From the NCBI RefSeq assembly GCF_001735745.1, contig NZ_CP017260.1:2703159-2735158 (forward strand): a DNA stretch of 32,000 nt. The letters are read 5' to 3'. Below, piece after piece: positions 16,184-24,601 of this stretch. Numbering within the stretch: the first letter of the stretch is position 1; each line of letters starts with the position of its first letter. The DNA is from Formosa sp. Hel1_33_131. Lineage in GTDB: Bacteria; Bacteroidota; Bacteroidia; Flavobacteriales; Flavobacteriaceae. The notes under the pieces were generated by a model. That model had not been told where the DNA came from and did no database searches. It saw nothing but the letters and a program-made list of their open reading frames with translations. The position numbers and the translations under genes are program-made.

Positions 16184-16615
16184 ATGAACGAAACATCAAA
16201 TCGGCCTTCAATTAATTTTTGGATTTTCAGTAGTCTAGCCCTTGTTTGGAACTCCATGGGAGTTTTGGCCTACATAAGCCAAACTTTTATGAGCCAAAAA
16301 GTTCTTTTAACCTTATCTAAAGCTGAACAGCATTACTTCATTAACATGCCAGCATGGGCAACAGCAACATTTGCTACCGCTGTTTTTGCAGGTGTATTTG
16401 GATCCATTGCTTTGCTATTTAAAAAAAGAATCGCAAATCTTTTGTTCTCAATTTCAATGATTTCGCTGCTTATACATCAGTTCTACAATTTCTTTATTCA
16501 AAACTATATGGCTATTAGTGGTATGGAATTAATACTGCCAATATCCACCACTGTTATTGGGTTTTTCTTGCTTTGGTACTCCTCTAAAATGAGTAAACAG
16601 GGTGTGTTAAATTAG
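16184..16615 (+). CDS. Small integral membrane protein (about 4 predicted TM helices), function unknown
   Basis: 143 aa with four hydrophobic stretches: WIFSSLALVWNSMGVLAYI, ATATFATAVFAGVFGSIALLF, LLFSISMISLLI and LILPISTTVIGFFLLWY. I recognise no family. Confidence 0.5.
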   Translation: MNETSNRPSINFWIFSSLALVWNSMGVLAYISQTFMSQKVLLTLSKAEQHYFINMPAWATATFATAVFAGVFGSIALLFKKRIANLLFSISMISLLIHQFYNFFIQNYMAISGMELILPISTTVIGFFLLWYSSKMSKQGVLN

Positions 16616-17781
16616 TCGTTTTTCGCCTCGAGTTTGTGTGTTTTCTTGGTGCCCGCATACATTTCATATTTCGAAAATCTAGCTTCTAACTTCGCATTAA
16701 ATAACTTGATTTTTCTAGAAGGTCTCAATCCTACGTGTTTAAGAGCTTCTAAGTTTGACGAAATCATCCATGCATTGGTGCCTGGGTATTTATGTTTAAG
16801 GGTAGAACCAATGGAACTGTAAAAGGTTTCCATTTCAATATCCAATCGTTCTCCGTAGGGTGGGTTAAACACCATGTGTAAATGCTCCTCGCCTCCTTTT
16901 TGAGTTTTGAAAAAATCTTCGTGTTTTATGTAGATAAAGTCTTCCAACTTTGCATTCTCAACATTCTGTGTGGCTTTTTCTACCGCACTAGGCGATTTAT
17001 CAAAGCCCATAATCTTATGATGAAAATCACGTGTTTTAGAAAGTAAGGATTCTTCAATCTTTTCAAATAAATCGACGTCCCAATCTCCCCAACGTTCAAA
17101 ACCAAATTCGTTACGCATTAAATTTGGAGGAATGTTACAAGCAATCATAGCAGCCTCTATCAAAACAGTCCCAGAACCACACATTGGATCCATAAAATCA
17201 CTTTGACCATCCCATCCAGATAACATTATTAAACCAGCAGCCAACACTTCGTTGATAGGTGCTATGTTCGTTGCAATTTTATATCCGCGTTTGTGTAAAG
17301 ATTCTCCCGAACTATCCAAAGAAACAGTACAAAAATGACGGTCGATATGAATGTCAATTTTTAAATCTGGAAATCTTAAATCTACGTTTGGACGCTCTCC
17401 AGTTTGATCTCTAAAACGATCCACAATCGCATCTTTTGTTTTAAGTGACACATATTGTGAATGCGTAAACGTATCGCCATTAAGGGTAGCGCCTACCGCC
17501 AAACTTCCATCCGACTTTAAATAATTCTCCCAAGGAATGGCATTAACTTTATTATATAGGTCATTTTCATTTATAACTTTAAATTTTGCAATAGGTTTTA
17601 GGATTTTAATGGCCGTACGTAAACCAAGGTTTGCTTTATACATAAAGCCCTTATCTCCAACAAAACTCACGTGTCGGACGCCTATAGTGACCGCTTGCGC
17701 ACCCAGTTGTTTCAATTCCTTAGCTAAAAGTTCCTCAAAACCAAACAAGGTTTTAGCAACCATCTTAAAATTATTCTCCAT
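16612..17781 (-). CDS. THUMP-domain class I SAM-dependent RNA methyltransferase (RlmL N-terminal-half/UPF0020-like)
   Basis: DPMCGSGTVLIEAA (SAM motif I) and VFNPPYGERL (motif IV), with an N-terminal THUMP-like region. I prefer the ATG at 17779-17781 over the track's TTG at 17784. Confidence 0.8.
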   Translation of the reverse strand: MENNFKMVAKTLFGFEELLAKELKQLGAQAVTIGVRHVSFVGDKGFMYKANLGLRTAIKILKPIAKFKVINENDLYNKVNAIPWENYLKSDGSLAVGATLNGDTFTHSQYVSLKTKDAIVDRFRDQTGERPNVDLRFPDLKIDIHIDRHFCTVSLDSSGESLHKRGYKIATNIAPINEVLAAGLIMLSGWDGQSDFMDPMCGSGTVLIEAAMIACNIPPNLMRNEFGFERWGDWDVDLFEKIEESLLSKTRDFHHKIMGFDKSPSAVEKATQNVENAKLEDFIYIKHEDFFKTQKGGEEHLHMVFNPPYGERLDIEMETFYSSIGSTLKHKYPGTNAWMISSNLEALKHVGLRPSRKIKLFNAKLEARFSKYEMYAGTKKTHKLEAKND

Positions 17782-17800
17782 CAAAATTATTTAGTACGCG

Positions 17801-17819
17801 CAAAAATACAGTATTTTTG
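17801..17819. promoter_or_regulatory. Perfect palindrome CAAAAATAC-A-GTATTTTTG containing back-to-back divergent -7 boxes (TATTTTTG on each strand)
   Basis: The 9-bp arms at 17801-17809 and 17811-17819 are exact reverse complements. Each strand reads TATTTTTG about 20 nt upstream of its gene's ATG (17781 on the minus strand, 17840 on the plus strand). Confidence 0.55.
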
Positions 17820-17839
17820 TTCGAGTTAGAAGTAAATAA

Positions 17840-18580
17840 ATGACAAAAGAACATTCAAAGTGGTTTCAGTCTTGGTTTGATACCACCTATTATCATATCC
17901 TTTATAAACACAGAGATTATAAAGAGGCTGAAGTTTTTATTAAAAATATAGCAACGTATTTGAATCTCGATAAGGACGATTCTATACTGGACTTGGCATG
18001 CGGTAAAGGCAGGCATTCCATTTTCCTAAATGCCTTAGGTTATAAGGTTACGGGGTTGGATTTATCTAAAAATAGTATCGAACATGCAAAAACACATGAA
18101 TCAAGTTCTTTGCATTTTGACGTCCATGATATGAGAAATTCATATCCGAACCAATTTGAAGTGGTTTTAAATCTATTCACAAGTTTCGGGTATTTTGAGG
18201 AGGAAGCGGATAATTTTAAAGTGATTCAAACCATCAAATCGAGTCTAAAACAAAACGGAATTGGCGTTATCGACTTTATGAACAGCCCTGTTGTCATTGA
18301 AAATTTGATTGCTCAAAACACTTACGAAGCTGAAGGAGTGAAATTCAAACTCAAACGTAGTTATACAGATGGATTTATCACAAAAGACATCGAAGTGAAA
18401 GATGCTGATAAAACACATCATTTTGAAGAGAAAGTACGTGCGTTTGCCTTTCAAGATTTTGAAACAATGCTCTCAAATGCGGGACTGCATTTGTTAGACT
18501 GTTTTGGAAGTTATAAATTAGCCCCCTTTAACAGTAAAACATCCGAACGTTTAATCTTAATTTTCATGGCGAATGATTAG
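17840..18580 (+). CDS. Class I SAM-dependent methyltransferase, substrate unknown
   Basis: 246 aa. ILDLACGKGRHSIFLNALGYKVTGLDLS is motif I plus the post-I acidic residue. Confidence 0.75.
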   Translation: MTKEHSKWFQSWFDTTYYHILYKHRDYKEAEVFIKNIATYLNLDKDDSILDLACGKGRHSIFLNALGYKVTGLDLSKNSIEHAKTHESSSLHFDVHDMRNSYPNQFEVVLNLFTSFGYFEEEADNFKVIQTIKSSLKQNGIGVIDFMNSPVVIENLIAQNTYEAEGVKFKLKRSYTDGFITKDIEVKDADKTHHFEEKVRAFAFQDFETMLSNAGLHLLDCFGSYKLAPFNSKTSERLILIFMAND

Positions 18581-19247
18581 TTTTTTAGCACCCATATTAT
18601 CAGTTGTATTTGGGGTAGCCATTGTACTCTTATATAGCAAATCAAAACCCTTAAATCTAAAACTATTTTTAGCATTTAGTGGTGCTTTTTTATTGTCAAC
18701 CACAATTTTTGAACTCCTTCCAGAGGTGTACCAAAATGTAGACACCAAACAAATAGGCGTATTTATTATGGGAGGTATTCTGTTACAGATTCTTTTAGAA
18801 TTTTATTCTAAAGGCGCTGAACATGGGCACTTACATCACCACGATTCCAATAAGAGGTTTCCATGGTTTTTATTTATAAGTCTAGGAATTCATGCCTTTT
18901 TTGAGGGGTTTCCTTTAAAAGACCACCATAACATTATCATTGGCGTTGTTATTCATAAAATCCCCATTGCGATTTTAATAACCACCTATCTGCTAAAATC
19001 AAAACTTCCCAAGTCGCAAGTGGTACTCTTCTTAATTATATTTACCCTCATGACGCCTTTAGGCTCTATTGCAGCCGAATTATTTAGCATTTCACCAACC
19101 CTGATTTACAGTATAAATGCCATCGTCATTGGGATGTTTCTTCATATCTCTACCATCATTTTGTTTGAAAGTAGCGAAGGACATCATTTTAATTTGAATA
19201 AAATTTTAATGATTATTAGTGCCGTTGTTTTAGCTTATTTTATATAA
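18573..19247 (+). CDS. ZIP-family metal cation transporter
   Basis: 224 aa, polytopic. It has a His-rich loop (EHGHLHHHDS) and GIHAFFEGF (the conserved ZIP HxxxEG-type helix). Its start overlaps the upstream gene by 8 nt. Confidence 0.7.
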   Translation: MISFLAPILSVVFGVAIVLLYSKSKPLNLKLFLAFSGAFLLSTTIFELLPEVYQNVDTKQIGVFIMGGILLQILLEFYSKGAEHGHLHHHDSNKRFPWFLFISLGIHAFFEGFPLKDHHNIIIGVVIHKIPIAILITTYLLKSKLPKSQVVLFLIIFTLMTPLGSIAAELFSISPTLIYSINAIVIGMFLHISTIILFESSEGHHFNLNKILMIISAVVLAYFI

Positions 19248-19252
19248 AAATC

Positions 19253-19681
19253 ATGTTTAGTAAAAATGAAGCCAAACTTCTAAGACAAGAATTCTGGACC
19301 AGTTTTGGAAAGTCCTTTCCTACAGAGTGGATTCTGTATAATACCAATGTTAAAGGTCTTAGTTTTAAATTTCATTTTGATACCAAAACTGCCTTTGTCG
19401 CATTTTGTATCGATATGGAACCTAGTAAACAACAAGCTTATTGGAACCAAATGCTTTCTCATAAATCAATCCTAGAAACCGATTTTTTACCACAAGTTAA
19501 ATTTGAAGAGTATTTTGAAGTATCTGATGAAAAAATTCTTTCAGCAGTCTTTGTTTCTATAGAATCTAAGGTTTCAATTTACAATAAATCAACTTGGAGA
19601 TCTGCAATGGAATTCCTGAATGAAACGATGCTGAAGTTTGAAGCGTTTTATGCCGTATATGAAAATACGATTAAGATTTGA
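19253..19681 (+). CDS. Conserved hypothetical protein (resembles the Bacteroidetes DUF4268 family)
   Basis: 142 aa. The N-terminus FSKNEAKLLRQEFWTSFGKSFP resembles what I recall of DUF4268 proteins. The family assignment is from memory only. Confidence 0.45.
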   Translation: MFSKNEAKLLRQEFWTSFGKSFPTEWILYNTNVKGLSFKFHFDTKTAFVAFCIDMEPSKQQAYWNQMLSHKSILETDFLPQVKFEEYFEVSDEKILSAVFVSIESKVSIYNKSTWRSAMEFLNETMLKFEAFYAVYENTIKI

Positions 19682-19811
19682 GTCTTAACCGTATTTAAGT
19701 AGGTTTTAAAAATAAAGGGCAAAAAAGATTAATTAAATCTCATATAATAAAATCTTGAAATTTATTTCTGGTTCAAAATAACTGCATTTTATTCAAATCA
19801 CAAAGCGTCAA

Positions 19812-19864
19812 GTAACAAGCGGTCATTCTACGTAACAAACGGTAGATATTCTGTAATAAGCGGT
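19812..19864 (+). repeat. Three phased 12-bp direct repeats GTAAYAARCGGT
   Basis: GTAACAAGCGGT (19812-19823), GTAACAAACGGT (19832-19843) and GTAATAAGCGGT (19853-19864). Start-to-start spacing is 20 and 21 bp. They sit in a 221-bp gap between convergent genes. Confidence 0.8.
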
Positions 19865-19902
19865 TTTGAACAACTTGTGAAAATGAACCTATTTAAACAA
19901 TA

Positions 19903-20565
19903 TCAGTGTTTCCAATGTTCCAAAAGCTCATAAATATCAAATTCATGAAAGGATTTTTGATATTCTAGCCGTCCACTTTGGAATTGACGCTGTAAGATGT
20001 CCTCTATCAAATAATCTTCTTCTGAAGTTTTGGGATCAAAAGGCAATTTTAAAGACATATTAAACAAGCTAGCGGTATTATTATACCAAAAGGCACGCCA
20101 ACCACTTCTTAAATATTTAATGAGTTCAAAAGCGGTCTCCCCTGTTTGACGGTGAATTAATTTAATTAAAATTTGACCTTCCGTAATCGTGAACTTTTTG
20201 AGCTTTTCAGCAAACTCCCCTTCAATATACTTTTGAACCATGCGGGTGTACTTCTTTCGTTTCCGCTTACTTTTTAGGTTCAAGATCCGCTCATTCAAGC
20301 TTTCCAATCGTTCCGCAGCTAATTTTGCATACGGATATACTTTAATGGTTTTACGCTGTAAAATTAAATACCGTCGTCTGGATTCATTTGAAGTGAATTT
20401 AAGTTTTGGAAGTATATAAACCTCATTTAAATTAATTGAGTTATTGGTAATGGTATCTCCAACAATGATTAAATAATTCTCTGGAAGCAAATCTTTTTGT
20501 ACAGGAAATGTCTGCCCCAAAAGGAGAACAGGGAACCAAAAAAGAATACAACGAATCAACTTCAT
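19903..20565 (-). CDS. Secreted conserved hypothetical protein (resembles the Bacteroidetes DUF4294 family)
   Basis: 220 aa with an N-terminal signal-like segment MKLIRCILFWFPVLLLGQ. RRRYLILQRKTIKVYPYAKLAAERL resembles DUF4294 as I recall it. Confidence 0.45.
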   Translation of the reverse strand: MKLIRCILFWFPVLLLGQTFPVQKDLLPENYLIIVGDTITNNSINLNEVYILPKLKFTSNESRRRYLILQRKTIKVYPYAKLAAERLESLNERILNLKSKRKRKKYTRMVQKYIEGEFAEKLKKFTITEGQILIKLIHRQTGETAFELIKYLRSGWRAFWYNNTASLFNMSLKLPFDPKTSEEDYLIEDILQRQFQSGRLEYQKSFHEFDIYELLEHWKH

Positions 20566-20588
20566 AACTAAGTTTACTTGTGGGTTTT

Positions 20589-20596
20589 CAAACTTA
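20589..20596 (-). promoter_or_regulatory. Candidate -7 promoter box TAAGTTTG
   Basis: Exact TAnnTTTG match on the minus strand, 23 nt upstream of the ATG at 20565. Confidence 0.45.
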
Positions 20597-20665
20597 CAAA
20601 ATATGCCTTAATCTTTATGTGAATATCATTCATAATTGTTATTTTTAACCAAAATTAAATTCAAA

Positions 20666-21754
20666 ATGGCAAAGAAAACAATCCTAGATAAAAACGCACT
20701 TACATTTTTAGAAGATTATCTCAACAATGCAGCCCCAACAGGCTACGAATGGGACGGTCAAAAACTATGGATGGATTATTTAAAACCCTATGTGGATACC
20801 TTTATTACAGATACCTACGGGACCGCTGTGGGTGTCATCAATCCAGAGGCGCCTTTTAAGGTCGTGATTGAAGGCCATGCCGATGAAATTTCGTGGTATG
20901 TCAACTATATTTCAGATGATGGACTTATTTATGTCATTCGTAATGGAGGAAGCGACCACCAAATTGCACCCAGTAAGATCGTTAATATTCACACAAAAAA
21001 CGGGATTGTAAAAGGCGTTTTTGGATGGCCTGCAATCCATACACGTAGCGCAGCAAAAGAACAAGCGCCTAAGCCGGATAATATTTTTATCGATATTGGA
21101 TGTAAAACCAAAGAAGCCGTTGATAAACTAGGCGTACATGTCGGTTGTGTGATTACCTATCCTGACACCTTCCACATACTAAATAAAGATCATTTTGTAT
21201 GTCGTGCTTTAGACAACCGAATGGGTGGTTTTATGATTGCACAAGTAGCCCGCTTATTACACGAAAACAAAAAGACCCTTCCATTTGGATTGTACATCAC
21301 TAACTCCGTTCAGGAAGAAATTGGACTTCGAGGTGCTGAAATGATTACGCATACCATACAACCCAATGTTGCTATTGTAACCGATGTGACGCACGATACC
21401 ACCACGCCAATGATTGACAAAAAAACGCAAGGACACTGCGAAATGGGCAAAGGCCCCGTGATAGCGTATGCCCCTGCGGTTCAACAAAAATTACGTGATT
21501 TGATTACAGAGACTGCCGAAGCAAATAAAATTCCATTCCAACGTGCAGCACTTTCTAGAGCAACTGGCACAGATACCGATGCTTTTGCTTACAGCAATGG
21601 CGGCGTGGCTTCAGCATTGATTTCACTGCCCTTACGATACATGCATACCACGGTTGAAATGGTGCACCGTGACGATGTTGAAAATGTGATTAAAATGATT
21701 TATGAAACTCTATTAAAAATTAAAGACGGTGAAACATTCTCTTACTTTGACTAA
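20666..21754 (+). CDS. M42-family metallo-aminopeptidase (FrvX/glutamyl aminopeptidase-like)
   Basis: EGHADEISWYV, IRNGG, ALDNRMGG and VQEEIGLRGA are typical M42 motifs. I set the start to the ATG at 20666 (MAKKTIL...), because the track start at 20636 is a TTG inside the AT-rich leader. Confidence 0.85.
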   Translation: MAKKTILDKNALTFLEDYLNNAAPTGYEWDGQKLWMDYLKPYVDTFITDTYGTAVGVINPEAPFKVVIEGHADEISWYVNYISDDGLIYVIRNGGSDHQIAPSKIVNIHTKNGIVKGVFGWPAIHTRSAAKEQAPKPDNIFIDIGCKTKEAVDKLGVHVGCVITYPDTFHILNKDHFVCRALDNRMGGFMIAQVARLLHENKKTLPFGLYITNSVQEEIGLRGAEMITHTIQPNVAIVTDVTHDTTTPMIDKKTQGHCEMGKGPVIAYAPAVQQKLRDLITETAEANKIPFQRAALSRATGTDTDAFAYSNGGVASALISLPLRYMHTTVEMVHRDDVENVIKMIYETLLKIKDGETFSYFD

Positions 21755-21760
21755 TTTGTA

Positions 21761-22309
21761 GTGGAAGAATATTTAGATATTTGGAATTCTGAAGGGCAAC
21801 CAACAGGCAAAATAGGCACAAAAGATGAAGCCCATCAAAAGGGTTGGTTCCATCCTACTGTGCATGTTTGGTTTTACACCCCTGCTCCTGCCCTTTTACT
21901 CCAAAAACGAGGTCTATCAAAACAAACGTTCCCAGGGTTTTGGGACGTTTCTGTTGCGGGGCATGTCAGTGCTGGAGAATCCATCTTAGAAGGCGCACTT
22001 CGCGAAGTCAATGAAGAGATCGGCTTGGACATTCAAGCCTCTGATTTAGTACCCCTAGACATTCGGAAAAACACCAATCGTTTTGACAATGGTGTTATAG
22101 ACTGTGAATTTCAACATGTGTTTTTAGTGAAATTGGAAACTCCCATTTCTCAACTGCACATTCAAAAAACGGAGGTGGATGCCGTACGGCTGTTTTCTTT
22201 TGAAGAACTCCAAAACTGCATGCTTCAAAAGCATCCCAATTATAAGATTGTCCCTGCCGATATGAGCTATTACCAATTTGTGATGGATGCGGTGTTGAAA
22301 ATCTTCTAA
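21761..22309 (+). CDS. NUDIX hydrolase
   Basis: 182 aa with the Nudix box GHVSAGESILEGALREVNEEIGL. It has a GTG start 6 nt after the upstream stop. Confidence 0.8.
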   Translation: MEEYLDIWNSEGQPTGKIGTKDEAHQKGWFHPTVHVWFYTPAPALLLQKRGLSKQTFPGFWDVSVAGHVSAGESILEGALREVNEEIGLDIQASDLVPLDIRKNTNRFDNGVIDCEFQHVFLVKLETPISQLHIQKTEVDAVRLFSFEELQNCMLQKHPNYKIVPADMSYYQFVMDAVLKIF

Positions 22310-22328
22310 TTAACACTAATTTTGCCGA

Positions 22329-23528
22329 ATGCAAAATCAACCTGCCCTCAAAATAGAGTTTGTAGCCATCATGGCACTGTTAATGTCTTTAGTGGCACTG
22401 TCTATTGATGGCATCCTCCCTGCCCTCGCCGTGATTGGAAACGACCTGGGGGTGACTGATACGAAAGATCACCAATTACTGATTACCATGATTTTTCTTG
22501 GATTGGGGTTTGGACAATTAATTTTTGGCCCTTTATCAGATAGTTACGGTCGAAAACCAATTATCTATGTGGGATTTTTAGTGTTTGCAGTGGCAAGTAT
22601 TATTTGTGTGAATACAAACTCTTATGAAGTGTTAATTGCAGGTCGCATTTTGCAAGGGATTGGATTGGCATCGCCACGTACTTTAAGTATTGCTATGATT
22701 CGCGATTCGTATGAAGGCGATTATATGGCCAAAGTCATGTCGTTTATTGTCATGATATTTATTCTCATTCCGATCGTAGCCCCCACGCTTGGACAGTTTT
22801 TAATGCTCACCTACAATTGGCAAGCCATTTTTAATGTACAATTAGGACTCGGAATGTTGGTTATTTTTTGGTTTTGGAAACGGCAGCCTGAAACGTTGGC
22901 ACTTTCAAATCGGATTCCTTTTAGAACTTCAACCTTAGTTTCTGGATTCAAAGAATTTTTTAAACACAAACAAGCCGTTGCTTTTACCTTAATATCTGGA
23001 TTTATCACAGGTTCGTTTATGGTGTATTTGAGTACCAGTCAATACATCTTTGAAGTTCAGTATGACTTAGGAGAAGATTTCCCTTTGATCTTTGCGAGTT
23101 TGGCAGTAGGTGTGGGTTTTGCAACCTATATGAACGGAGTCTTTGTGGTCAGAATTGGCATGAAACGCATTGCATTAATTTCTTTAGCGGGCTATACCTT
23201 GAGTTCTTTAATCTATGTGTTAATGTTCTTCAATCAAATAAATCCTACGCTTTGGGTGTTACTCATCTTTTTTGCTTTACAGTTTACTGCTGTTGGATTT
23301 TTGTTTGGAAACCTTAGAGCTTTGGCCATGCAACCGATTGGGCATATTGCTGGAGTTGGGGCTGCTGTCAATGGGTTTATTTCAACCGTGATGGGCGTAT
23401 TAATTGCCAGTATTATAGGTGCTTATGTTAGCGCCACCGTCTGGCCGTTGTTTTTAGGATTTACGGGATGTGGTTTTGCTTCTATGGTGATTTTTCTTCT
23501 TAACAAACCCTTGGAACGTACGATTTAA
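22329..23528 (+). CDS. MFS transporter, Bcr/CflA-type drug efflux family
   Basis: 399 aa with about 12 TM helices. GPLSDSYGRKP is the MFS motif A region typical of the Bcr/CflA subfamily. Confidence 0.8.
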   Translation: MQNQPALKIEFVAIMALLMSLVALSIDGILPALAVIGNDLGVTDTKDHQLLITMIFLGLGFGQLIFGPLSDSYGRKPIIYVGFLVFAVASIICVNTNSYEVLIAGRILQGIGLASPRTLSIAMIRDSYEGDYMAKVMSFIVMIFILIPIVAPTLGQFLMLTYNWQAIFNVQLGLGMLVIFWFWKRQPETLALSNRIPFRTSTLVSGFKEFFKHKQAVAFTLISGFITGSFMVYLSTSQYIFEVQYDLGEDFPLIFASLAVGVGFATYMNGVFVVRIGMKRIALISLAGYTLSSLIYVLMFFNQINPTLWVLLIFFALQFTAVGFLFGNLRALAMQPIGHIAGVGAAVNGFISTVMGVLIASIIGAYVSATVWPLFLGFTGCGFASMVIFLLNKPLERTI

Positions 23529-24571
23529 AACGCTCCAGTATCCACATCTTTGATAAATTTGATCAAGCCTTCAAAATAGATTTTTTGATCGTCAAATTGC
23601 GAAAGGTGACTCCCGTTAGGACATAATAAAAAACGACCGTTTTGAACTTCTTCAGAGATAAACTTCATTTGTTCGGGATCCATCGTATCATATGTGGCAC
23701 CAATACTCAAAGTCGGGACTGTAATTTTATGCAAGTCTGCCTTCACATCCCAATACTTTAAGTTGGCATCGCCTTTGATTCCAAATTCACTTGGACCTTG
23801 CATGGTTACATATACATCGTGGTTGATATGTTTAAAGCTTCTATTTAAGGGTTCAGGCCATTCGGCTACTGGCAATCGAATGATGTGTTCGGTATAGTAG
23901 TTATTGACCACCAATTCCATATAACGTGCGTTGGTATAATCTTCCTTAGCCTCGTACACCATGATTTCCTTCAATACTTCAGGATCTAGTTTAGGTGCTA
24001 ACACTTCATCTGAATACTTTTGATAATCAGGGATGGAAGGTACCATATTAGAAATGATCAATCCTTTTAAGTGCTGCTGATATTTCAATGCATATTGCAT
24101 GCCTAAAATACCGCCCCACGATTGTCCATACAAATAAAAATTATCGTTAGTCAAGCCCAAAGCAATGCGTACTTGTTCTACTTCTTCCACAAAACGATCT
24201 AAATCCCAAAGAGATAAGTCTTTTGGTTGATCGCTGTAATAAGACCCCAATTGATCGTAATAATAATATTCGATGCCTTCGTTTGGAATGTAGCCATCAA
24301 AAGATTCATAAATTTCATGCGTCATTCCAGGCCCTCCATGTAATAAAAGTACTTTCATGGTTGGATTGTTTCCAACACGCTTGGTCCACACATTGAACTC
24401 CCCTTTTGGGGTTGAAATGGGAATCATTTTAATACCCCCTAAATATTGATCCTCTTTTTGAGAACTGTCTAAATAGTCGGAGTCTGAAGTATTAATAGAT
24501 GTTTTAATTTCTGTTTTACAAGCTGTTAACAGAAAAGAAAAAAGAAGAATGTACACTAAATTGGTTTGCAT
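23525..24571 (-). CDS. Proline-iminopeptidase-family alpha/beta hydrolase, probable lipoprotein
   Basis: 348 aa. The signal plus lipobox is LLFSFLLTAC. HGGPG is the oxyanion motif, GQSWGG is the nucleophile elbow, and NGSH lies near the C-terminus. Confidence 0.8.
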   Translation of the reverse strand: MQTNLVYILLFSFLLTACKTEIKTSINTSDSDYLDSSQKEDQYLGGIKMIPISTPKGEFNVWTKRVGNNPTMKVLLLHGGPGMTHEIYESFDGYIPNEGIEYYYYDQLGSYYSDQPKDLSLWDLDRFVEEVEQVRIALGLTNDNFYLYGQSWGGILGMQYALKYQQHLKGLIISNMVPSIPDYQKYSDEVLAPKLDPEVLKEIMVYEAKEDYTNARYMELVVNNYYTEHIIRLPVAEWPEPLNRSFKHINHDVYVTMQGPSEFGIKGDANLKYWDVKADLHKITVPTLSIGATYDTMDPEQMKFISEEVQNGRFLLCPNGSHLSQFDDQKIYFEGLIKFIKDVDTGAF

Positions 24572-24601
24572 TGTGATTAGATTTTAAGTAAATATAAGTG
24601 T

